Source of the DNA: Candidatus Saccharimonadales bacterium
GTDB taxonomy: Bacteria > Patescibacteriota > Saccharimonadia > Saccharimonadales > 2-12-FULL-41-12
NCBI GenBank assembly: GCA_035700225.1
Contig: DASSOT010000003.1
Span: 111-64,110 of the forward strand
Direction of reading: 5' to 3'
DNA: 64,000 bases
Part shown: positions 8,069 through 16,010 of the stretch, one piece after another
How the letters are laid out: every line of letters starts with the position of its first letter
Numbering within the stretch: the stretch's first letter is position 1
Position numbers and translations under genes: made by a program
The notes under the pieces: generated by a model
Databases searched by the model: none
Told to the model about the DNA's origin: nothing
The model's input: the letters and a program-made list of their open reading frames with translations, nothing else

Positions 8069-9721
8069 TTACATGCCCATCATGCCGCCCATGTCTGGAG
8101 CTCCGCCGCCGGCTGGAGGTGTATTCTCCGGAACTTCAGCGACAAGTGCGCCCATGGTTATAGCCGTACCGGCTATAGAAACGGCGTTTTGGATGGCTTC
8201 CTTGGTTACACGGGTCGGATCAACCACGCCGCTGGCCTTGAGGTCGACCAGCTTATCGGGACTGCTTACGTCTATACCCTGTCCGGCTTTGGCCTTGCGT
8301 ACCTGGGGTAGCCATTCGTCAGGATTAAGGCCGGCATTTTCCAGCAATATGCGGAAGGGTTGCTCAAAGGCCCTAAACAGCAGGCTCTGGCCCGCTAAGA
8401 CAGATGCGTTTTCATTTGTCAGGGGCTTGATAGCGAATATCAGATTGACCAATGTCACGCCGCCGCCGGGGACGATTCCTTCGTCCAGCGCCGCTTTGAC
8501 CGCCGCTACAGCGTCATCGACACGGTATTTCTTCTCTTCTATCTCGGTTTCGGTAGCGCCGCCGACTTTGATGACGGCAACCTTGCCCTGAAGCGCCGCG
8601 CGCCTTTTTTCAAGGTTTTCTTTGTCGTATTCGCTGGTAGCGGCCGCGATTTGCGCGTTTATCTGCTCGATGCGCGCTTTAAGCTCCGCGGAAGAACCGC
8701 CGCCTTCGATGATGGTGGTGTTGTCCTTATCGACGATGACTTTTCGCGCCGTACCGATGACATCGAGGTCTACATTTTCAAAAGTCATGCCGCGGTCTTC
8801 GCTGATGACATCGCCGCCGGTGAGGATAGCGATATCAGTCAGGATATCCTTGCGCCTGTCGCCGAAGGCCGGGGCTTTGACACAGACCGCGTTCAATACG
8901 CCTTTAAGCTTGTTCAACACCAGCGTGCCGAGTATCTCGCCCTCTACGTCTTCCGCGATTATTATCAGGTCTTTTTTGCCGGCTTGGGCCAATTTCTCAA
9001 GGATAGGCAAGAATTCCTGGGTGCCGGAAATTTTCTTGTCGGTTATCAGGATGGCCGGTTTTTCTACCACAGCCTCCATGCGGGTCGTGTCGGTCACCAT
9101 GTATGGGCTGACGAAACCGCGGTCGAAGGTGAAGCCTTCTACCACTTCGCTTTCCAGCTCCAGGCTCTGGCCTTCTTCAACCGTCACCACGCCGTCTTTG
9201 CCGACCTTGTCGATGACATCGGCGATTAACGCACCGATTTCAGAGTCGCCTGCCGAGATGGTAGCGACTTCCGCTACGCGTTTTTTGTTAGCTTTGATGT
9301 CTTCGCTTATCGTAGCCAGCTTGGCCAGTACTTCCTGAGCGGCTTTTTCCAGTCCGCGCCGCAACTGCATCGGGTCGTGCCCGGCGGCAATCAGCTTGTT
9401 GGCTTCGCTTAAGATATGGTAAGTAAGCACGGTCACGGTCGTGGTGCCATCGCCGGCTACGTCGTTCATCTTGTTTGCGGCCTGCTTGATGAGCTCTGCA
9501 CCCACTTTGTAGCCGAGTGTTTCATCATCGACATCCTCAAGCTCCACGCCTTTGGCTACCGTCACGCCGTCATGGGTAACCGTAGGACTGCCGTAGCTTT
9601 TGCTGATGACCACATTGCGCCCTTTCGGCCCCATGGTAGTCTTTACGGCGTTATATAAGATTTCTGCGCCGCCCAGAATCCTCCGGCGGGCATCTTCATC
9701 ATAAAAAACTTTCTTTGACAT
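8069..9721 (-). CDS. groL: chaperonin GroEL (Cpn60)
   Basis: 550 aa; AAVEEGIVPGGG, GDGTTTVTVL and a C-terminal GGM repeat tail (MGGMMGM). Confidence 0.95.
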   Translation of the reverse strand: MSKKVFYDEDARRRILGGAEILYNAVKTTMGPKGRNVVISKSYGSPTVTHDGVTVAKGVELEDVDDETLGYKVGAELIKQAANKMNDVAGDGTTTVTVLTYHILSEANKLIAAGHDPMQLRRGLEKAAQEVLAKLATISEDIKANKKRVAEVATISAGDSEIGALIADVIDKVGKDGVVTVEEGQSLELESEVVEGFTFDRGFVSPYMVTDTTRMEAVVEKPAILITDKKISGTQEFLPILEKLAQAGKKDLIIIAEDVEGEILGTLVLNKLKGVLNAVCVKAPAFGDRRKDILTDIAILTGGDVISEDRGMTFENVDLDVIGTARKVIVDKDNTTIIEGGGSSAELKARIEQINAQIAAATSEYDKENLEKRRAALQGKVAVIKVGGATETEIEEKKYRVDDAVAAVKAALDEGIVPGGGVTLVNLIFAIKPLTNENASVLAGQSLLFRAFEQPFRILLENAGLNPDEWLPQVRKAKAGQGIDVSSPDKLVDLKASGVVDPTRVTKEAIQNAVSIAGTAITMGALVAEVPENTPPAGGGAPDMGGMMGM

Positions 9722-9767
9722 AGATTTTCCTTTCCTCTCTACAATCTACTAACTACTATCTGCTATG

Positions 9768-10034
9768 TTATTTAACCGTTGCCAGAATATCTTCTTCTTT
9801 AACCAGTATGTATTCTTTGCCGTCTATTTTTACGTCGTTGGTGCTATAACCTTTGTAAAGGATACGGTCGCCAACCTTTATCTGTTGTACTGCTTTGCCG
9901 ACGGCAGAAACCTTAGCTATCTTCGGTTTCTCAGTAGCGTTGTCCGGCAGATAGATACCGCTGGCTGTCTTGGTCTGGGCCGCAGGGGTTTCGGCCACAA
10001 CGTAATCACCCAGAGGGTTGATGGGGACACTCAT
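9768..10034 (-). CDS. groS: co-chaperonin GroES (Cpn10)
   Basis: 88 aa; PLGDYVV, SGIYLPD and mobile-loop architecture, directly upstream of groEL. Confidence 0.9.
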   Translation of the reverse strand: MSVPINPLGDYVVAETPAAQTKTASGIYLPDNATEKPKIAKVSAVGKAVQQIKVGDRILYKGYSTNDVKIDGKEYILVKEEDILATVK

Positions 10035-10094
10035 ATAGGGAACCTCCTTCGTTATGTTTTTTCACAGATGTTACCTCGCAAATAACACCTGCTG

Positions 10095-10121
10095 TTAGCA
10101 CTCACTATATATGAGTGCTAA
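10095..10121 (-). promoter_or_regulatory. CIRCE element (HrcA operator) upstream of groES
   Basis: Perfect TTAGCACTC-N9-GAGTGCTAA inverted repeat about 60 nt upstream of the groES start. Confidence 0.85.
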
Positions 10122-10153
10122 ATTTTCTGTCAAGAGGTTCTTGTGATGTGAGC

Positions 10154-10900
10154 CTATGCGCGGTACTGGTCGATGACGTTGATAGTGTAATTCGAGCCTG
10201 CTACGGGCGTACTTAGCCTTTCGACCAGAGCATTGCGTGGCTCCCAGTCGGTCAAGTATTTCGCCGGGTCTTTACCGCCGGCTTCAATGGCTCCCGCCAG
10301 CACATCATGAGCATGATCGTAAAGTGCCGGAACTTCGCCTTTGGCTTCTGCTATGCCGGCCTCTCCCATGTATGATTTCAGACGTTGTGCTCGGGCCGGG
10401 TCTATATCGGGGTAATCTATTATATCTTCGGCCGTTACTCCGCTGTCTATCCTATCCATCAGGATGAAAGTCTTCGGTTCCTGCTTATCAGGCCTGGCAT
10501 GAAGCGCATAGTGCACCGGCAGGTTCAACCAGCGCGGCAGACCGTGCTCCATGAAACTGTTGATTTCGTCCATGCGCGTAAGTTCGCTTAAAGCCCCGTA
10601 CACTCCGGATATACCGATTCTTTCCCTTACCGCATAGGGTCCCATACTATAAACGACCGCTTCCTTGCCGCGCCCCAGCTCTTTCCGTATATTAGGGTCT
10701 TCGCCAAGCAGGGCTATACTACCCAGTTCAACCGCCCGGTATCTGTCTACCAGACTGCGCAGTTCATCTTTTTTGTCGCCTTTGAGCAAATCCTGACCGG
10801 CGCTGGTAAGGATGGTGTATCTCCTTATATCCGCAGGATCTTCATAGACTTCCCATCGTGCGCCGTCCGGCTGTTCAGTTGTAAAGTTAGGCTTTCGCAT
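10154..10900 (-). CDS. hypothetical cytoplasmic protein (possibly kinase-like fold)
   Basis: 248 aa with no confident motif. Only weak resemblance to a phosphotransferase fold (ILMDRIDSG, LTDWEPRNALV). Confidence 0.35.
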   Translation of the reverse strand: MRKPNFTTEQPDGARWEVYEDPADIRRYTILTSAGQDLLKGDKKDELRSLVDRYRAVELGSIALLGEDPNIRKELGRGKEAVVYSMGPYAVRERIGISGVYGALSELTRMDEINSFMEHGLPRWLNLPVHYALHARPDKQEPKTFILMDRIDSGVTAEDIIDYPDIDPARAQRLKSYMGEAGIAEAKGEVPALYDHAHDVLAGAIEAGGKDPAKYLTDWEPRNALVERLSTPVAGSNYTINVIDQYRA

Positions 10901-10948
10901 ATCTATTGCTTAATTATACACTTTTTTTGCGTAAAAAGCAATAGGATT

Positions 10949-12232
10949 TTATATATTTTTAAGGAGTTCCCTGGCAACCTTCTGGTCGCTCCACGGCACC
11001 AGCCTGCCTCCCATGTTCCTGCTATCCTCGTGCCCCAACCCTGTTATCAGGACAGAGTCGTCCTTGCCGGCATCCATAAACGCCTGTTTCATCGCCTCTT
11101 TCCTGTCCGGGATGACCTTTGTCTTCCCCGCTCCTTTCGCACCTCTGATGCCTGACATGACCGCCTCTCTGATTTTTTGCGGGTCCTCGGTGTAGGTTTC
11201 ATCGTCGGTCAGATAGATTGCATCCGCCAGCTTGGCGGCAACCCGGCCCATATCCGGACGTTTTTCCCTGTCACGGTCGCCCGTCGCGCCGAAAACTACC
11301 CTGACCTTGCCCTTCGAAATCTTCTTCAGCGCCGTAAGGGCTTTTTCAATGGCATCAGGCGTTATGGCAAAGTCTACGAATACCCGGAAATCCTGCCTCG
11401 CGCTAATCTCTTCCATCCTCCCGGAAAGTTCCGCCAGGCTGTAAATTCCCTTCTTGATATCCTCCGGTTTGATTTCAAGCAAAAAACCGACGCCCACAGC
11501 GGCCGAAGCATTATAAACATTGAACTCGCCGGGCAGACGCGTGGCAATATCCAGCTTCTGTCCGCCATAAGTCAAGCGCGCGCTTGCACCCGAACCGTTA
11601 AGCTTTATCTCCGTTATCTTGATTTTGGCATTTTGCGCTTTGCCGTAAGGCACCACTTTGGCCGAAGAGCGCCCGCGGAAATATTCGAACCATTCGTCAT
11701 CGGCGTTAAGAAGCCCGTATTTTGCGCCGTAGTTCCTTAGCAGTAAGGATTTGGCCCGGGCGTAATTCTTCATCGTCTTGTGATAATCCAGGTGGTCCTG
11801 GGTCAGGTTGGTTATGAGGGCTATATCCACCTTCACGCCCATTATCCTGTCCTGGTCCAGCGCGTGGCTGGTGACTTCCAGGATTACATAATCAACCTTC
11901 GCTCTTTTAGCTCGCGCGAAAAATGACTGGACGATGGATTGTTTGTCCACGGTGAAATGAGTCGTGTTCGGCGTCTTTTTGCCGGCCACTTCGTAAAAAA
12001 CGGTGTTCAGGACCGCTGTTTTATACCCTGCGGCCTTCAATATCTCGTTTATGTAGCTGATGGTCGTGGTCTTGCCATTGGTTCCGGTTACCGCGATGAC
12101 ATGCATTCCGCGCGCCGGAAAGCCGTATCTGGCCTGCCAAAGCAGACCCCTGCTTTTGCGATATATCTTTTCAACCGCCCGCAGTAGCTCCGCAGGCAAC
12201 AAACTCCTTACCAGCTTTTTTATTTTCTGCAC
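10949..12232 (-). CDS. murE: Mur ligase, probably UDP-MurNAc-L-Ala-D-Glu:meso-DAP (or L-Lys) ligase MurE
   Basis: VTGTNGKTTT P-loop, GRME motif and a DNPR-like TDDETYTEDP segment near the C-terminus. Confidence 0.7.
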   Translation of the reverse strand: MQKIKKLVRSLLPAELLRAVEKIYRKSRGLLWQARYGFPARGMHVIAVTGTNGKTTTISYINEILKAAGYKTAVLNTVFYEVAGKKTPNTTHFTVDKQSIVQSFFARAKRAKVDYVILEVTSHALDQDRIMGVKVDIALITNLTQDHLDYHKTMKNYARAKSLLLRNYGAKYGLLNADDEWFEYFRGRSSAKVVPYGKAQNAKIKITEIKLNGSGASARLTYGGQKLDIATRLPGEFNVYNASAAVGVGFLLEIKPEDIKKGIYSLAELSGRMEEISARQDFRVFVDFAITPDAIEKALTALKKISKGKVRVVFGATGDRDREKRPDMGRVAAKLADAIYLTDDETYTEDPQKIREAVMSGIRGAKGAGKTKVIPDRKEAMKQAFMDAGKDDSVLITGLGHEDSRNMGGRLVPWSDQKVARELLKNI

Positions 12233-12295
12233 CTCTTAATCATAGCAATTCGCAGGAAGGCCGGGAAAAGCATTTAGTCTGCTAAACTGTTAAAC

Positions 12296-13363
12296 ATGAA
12301 AATTCTGGGGATAGAAACCAGTTGCGATGAAACCGCGGCGGCAGTCGTCGAGGATGGACGCAGACTGCTCTCGAACGTTGTGGCCAGCTCTATTGACCTG
12401 CATAAGGCCTACGGAGGCGTGGTCCCGGAAATAGCCGCCCGAAACCACATAGAGGTCATAAACCCTGTCATCAAACAAGCCCTGGAAGAAGCGGGCTCTA
12501 ACTGGAAAGATATCGATGGCATAGCCGTGACTTACGGTCCGGGGCTGGGCGGGAGCCTGCTCATCGGTGTACTCACCGCCAGAACGCTGGCTATTCTGCA
12601 CGATAAACCCCTGTATGCCGTAAACCATGTGCAGGCCCATCCGTTCGCCGCCTTCATCGACGAGGCCTCCCCTTCCCTGTCTTCTGCCTACGAAATGCCG
12701 GCTACCCCGCCGAAATTTCCGATTCTGGCTTTGATAGTCAGCGGCGGCCATACACAGCTCGTACTTTTCAAAAGCTATTTTGAATATGATGTATTGGGCC
12801 GTACCGGCGACGATGCTGTCGGCGAAGCTTTCGACAAGGTGGCCAAAATGCTCGGTCTTCCCTACCCCGGCGGACCCAGCGTGGAAAATCTGGCTCGCGA
12901 AGGAAACCCCTCAAAGCATAAATTCCCAAAAGCCCGGCTCGAGGGAAAATATGATTTTAGCTATTCCGGGCTCAAAACAGCCGTTCTAAGGGCCGCCCAG
13001 AAAGAAATAGGTGCGGATTACACCTTCCCCTCCCACGAGCTCTCAGGAAGGCTCGATAAGGCCCAGAAAGCGGATATTGCCGCAGGGTTTGCCCATATCG
13101 CCATAGAAATACTGGTAGACAAGACTTTGTCGGCCTATGAAGAGTTCGCTCCCGCCAGCGTTGTGGTCGCCGGCGGAGTATCGGCCAGCAAGGAGCTCAG
13201 GCGCCAGATGGCCAAGCGCCTGCCGGTAACTGCCTGCTTTCCTGATATCAAGCTTTGCACGGACAACGGCGCCATGATAGCGGTAGCGGGTTCATTCCTG
13301 GCCGCTGGCGGCAAGGCCGTTTCTGCGCACAAGCTGGATATCAACCCCGGATTGGCCATGTAA
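12296..13363 (+). CDS. tsaD: tRNA N6-adenosine threonylcarbamoyltransferase TsaD (Kae1/YgjD family)
   Basis: LGIETSCDETAAAV N-terminus, HxxAH metal-binding motif (NHVQAHPFAAF) and overall ASKHA fold signature. Confidence 0.85.
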   Translation: MKILGIETSCDETAAAVVEDGRRLLSNVVASSIDLHKAYGGVVPEIAARNHIEVINPVIKQALEEAGSNWKDIDGIAVTYGPGLGGSLLIGVLTARTLAILHDKPLYAVNHVQAHPFAAFIDEASPSLSSAYEMPATPPKFPILALIVSGGHTQLVLFKSYFEYDVLGRTGDDAVGEAFDKVAKMLGLPYPGGPSVENLAREGNPSKHKFPKARLEGKYDFSYSGLKTAVLRAAQKEIGADYTFPSHELSGRLDKAQKADIAAGFAHIAIEILVDKTLSAYEEFAPASVVVAGGVSASKELRRQMAKRLPVTACFPDIKLCTDNGAMIAVAGSFLAAGGKAVSAHKLDINPGLAM

Positions 13364-13431
13364 GCATGCCCGGTATTTGACCGGGCGGTGATACGGGAGT
13401 ATGTTAGTAAAACAAATAAGGGGTCTAAAGA

Positions 13432-14376
13432 ATGGCTACAGCCTTGACGCCTACGGGGCGCGGTGTTCCTACCATTACTTCCTCGCCTATTGAGGCGCTG
13501 GATAATGCGGGCGCGACCTGGTACGTCAAGGATGACCCGGGGCTGGAGCAGTTGGGCCAGCTTGATTTTCTGGATGATATCGGCTTGCCGGTGCCTGAAA
13601 GACTTTCGCCGGATGAAAACCATATGGCTGTCAGAAGCTCCGGCATTACTTTGAACGAGGCCGTTGCTAGCAATACTTTACCAGCCGGGCGGACCATACG
13701 CATGGCAGGCGTTCTGCTGGGAAAAACCCACGATTCCCTTGAGCGGGCCGAGGCCGAAGGCCTGGCCCCCGAAAAAACAGCCCCCGATTCTTCTACGACC
13801 GCCCACCCTGCCGCCAACTTCCACCACAGATTTGCCGAAGGAAAAAGCAGTTCGACCAACGCGATGTACGGCGATTTGCCCGAGAATGGCCTGGGGGTAA
13901 GAAGCAGTCTGCTGGAGCTGATAGAGCTTTTAGGCGAGCAGGAGATACCGGAATCCGTAGGCGGGGAAGATGAATTAAGTTATGGCGATTTCAAGCCGGA
14001 TAATCTGCTGTATGCCGCCGAATCCGGCCTGGTGTTGATAGACCCCCTCGTACACAGAGGAAGGCGGGTCAATGATTTTGCTAAGTTCTGTACGCGTTTC
14101 GCCATTGAGCCGACAGCTCCCGACAGCGATATAAGGACACAGTTGCAAGAAAGTTACCGGCAGGCTGGAGGGCAGGAATTCAGAGAGGGCGATGTAGCCT
14201 TGTCCGGCGCGCTCGACCTTGCCAACGTCATGTCAAGCTATCTGGGAAGGCTGGCTAAAGGTGATACAAGCTTTCGGATAGTCGGACATTTGAACAGCGA
14301 TACTGCCTACGCGGAGCGGGTAGAGGGCCTGGTTCGAGCCGCTTTGGCCGAAGTTGACCGGGGAGGCAGTGAATGA
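13432..14376 (+). CDS. hypothetical protein with APH/choline-kinase-like phosphotransferase motif
   Basis: YGDFKPDNLLY...GLVLIDP resembles the HGDxxxxNhh...IDxE catalytic region of the aminoglycoside/choline kinase fold. The N-terminal half is low complexity. Confidence 0.35.
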   Translation: MATALTPTGRGVPTITSSPIEALDNAGATWYVKDDPGLEQLGQLDFLDDIGLPVPERLSPDENHMAVRSSGITLNEAVASNTLPAGRTIRMAGVLLGKTHDSLERAEAEGLAPEKTAPDSSTTAHPAANFHHRFAEGKSSSTNAMYGDLPENGLGVRSSLLELIELLGEQEIPESVGGEDELSYGDFKPDNLLYAAESGLVLIDPLVHRGRRVNDFAKFCTRFAIEPTAPDSDIRTQLQESYRQAGGQEFREGDVALSGALDLANVMSSYLGRLAKGDTSFRIVGHLNSDTAYAERVEGLVRAALAEVDRGGSE

Positions 14377-15791
14377 ACCGTTCGGAAAAAATGAAAATAT
14401 TGTCGGTAGGGTGCAATGTTGACAATGAACTGCTGAGTCAAGTTATGCCATATATCGAGCTTATACGGGTGAAAGATGCGGCGGAAATCAACGAAAGCCA
14501 CGAGGATGTCCGGGCGGTGATATGGAGCAATGCACAGTCACTGGGGGCGGGCGAACTTCAACGGCTTTCCAACCTGAGATACATAGTCAACTGGGGTACC
14601 AGCAGGGTGAATATTGCGCATGACGTCATGTACGACAAAAAATACGACCTGATGTTCATAGACGATTACTGCTGGCGCAGTGTGGCCGATTTCGCCATGA
14701 AACTTATATCCGACAGCGGCAGATATGAAGCAGGTAAAACCAAAGTCGGCATAATAGGTCTAGGCAAGGTGGGGTTCTCGCTGGCTCAACTGCTTTTGTC
14801 GAAAGGCACCGAAAGGATTTACTACACGGCGACTCAGGACAAGGAGCTTGAAAATATGATTTTCATGACGCAAAAACAGCTCCTGTCCGAGTGCGATATC
14901 GTAGTTGCCGCCACTTCTTCGCCCAAACGAATATCGCTGGCAGGCGTTGATAACCCCCGCCTGACTCTCATAAACCTATGCTGGAACAGTTTGTTTTCAG
15001 CCGCGGAGTTGGACAAGCTCCTGCTTGAGGGCAAGATAGGGAACTTTCTGAGCGACACCGAACCGATACAGCTGAAAAGCGGCAAAGCGAAGTTCTTCGG
15101 CCACATAGCCTACAGGTCGCCCGAATCTATCAGGAACAAACATAACAAGCTGGCGTATCTGGTAAAGATAATGCTGGCTAGAGACGGCAAGCTTCCGATA
15201 AACCTCTATTTTCTACGCCACGGCGAAACCGAGAAGAATAAAAAAGGCATATACCAGGGCAGGGAAGATTCGCCGCTTACCGAACTGGGCCGCAAACAAG
15301 CCGGGCGCTCGGCAGGTTTCCTAACCACAAGGCCTATTAAGTATGTCTTTACATCTCCACTGGGCAGGGCCAAAAGCACGGCGGACATATTGTCATCAAG
15401 TCTGGGCGTAAAACCCGAAGTATGTGACTTTCTGGCCGAACAGAACTTCGGAGCCCTGCAGGGCATGAAAAAGACCGCGGCGGGGCATAAGTACGAAAAC
15501 TTCCTTACCCGCAGAAAAGCCTCCGCCTGGTATAAGCTCTATACGCCGTACCCCGGAGGGGGAGAGAGTTATTTCGACGTATACAACAGGGTTCATGACC
15601 CGTATGTAGAGCTCCTCGCCGGGCTGGACGGCGACGCAGTGTTCGTGGGGCATGAAAGCGTCAACCGCATCCTGAGAGGAATTTCCAAATGCCGGGAACC
15701 GCTGGGCATGATAATGGACAGGCAGGATAACGACCAGATAGTGGAGCTCAAGCTCGCCGATTTAAGCGAGAAAGTCCATAGATTTGATTAA
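14373..15791 (+). CDS. fusion protein: D-2-hydroxyacid-dehydrogenase-like NAD(P)-binding domain plus histidine phosphatase (phosphoglycerate-mutase family) domain
   Basis: N-terminal half has GIIGLGKVGFSLAQLL Rossmann motif in a 2-hydroxyacid dehydrogenase-like context. C-terminal half begins LYFLRHGETEKN...SPLTELGRKQA, the RHG histidine-phosphatase signature. Confidence 0.55.
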   Translation: MNRSEKMKILSVGCNVDNELLSQVMPYIELIRVKDAAEINESHEDVRAVIWSNAQSLGAGELQRLSNLRYIVNWGTSRVNIAHDVMYDKKYDLMFIDDYCWRSVADFAMKLISDSGRYEAGKTKVGIIGLGKVGFSLAQLLLSKGTERIYYTATQDKELENMIFMTQKQLLSECDIVVAATSSPKRISLAGVDNPRLTLINLCWNSLFSAAELDKLLLEGKIGNFLSDTEPIQLKSGKAKFFGHIAYRSPESIRNKHNKLAYLVKIMLARDGKLPINLYFLRHGETEKNKKGIYQGREDSPLTELGRKQAGRSAGFLTTRPIKYVFTSPLGRAKSTADILSSSLGVKPEVCDFLAEQNFGALQGMKKTAAGHKYENFLTRRKASAWYKLYTPYPGGGESYFDVYNRVHDPYVELLAGLDGDAVFVGHESVNRILRGISKCREPLGMIMDRQDNDQIVELKLADLSEKVHRFD

Positions 15792-16010
15792 TTTGCATAT
15801 TCATGTGAAACCAGAACATTTAGAGGAAGTTGCGTCAACATTATTATAATCATACAGAGGTGGTATACTATTATTTTAATGAGTACAGGCTATCAATCAT
15901 CCATAAAATACAGACAGCTCTTTATGGGCGAGCTTCGCCCGGCCCGTGGCGTTTACGACTGTCTTTATTTCACGGATGATTGCTTGGCAGAAAGGCGTGT
16001 CTGATATCCC

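Noticed and set aside
8622-9338. 238-aa and 192-aa plus-strand ORFs inside groEL
   Set aside because: They are antisense to the highly conserved GroEL coding sequence. The translations are low-complexity, Ser/Thr-rich and without homology.
15792-16010. Possible T-box leader upstream of valS
   Set aside because: Only a partial GGTGGTA match to the T-box consensus AGGGUGGNACCGCG was found, with no specifier/antiterminator architecture recognizable.
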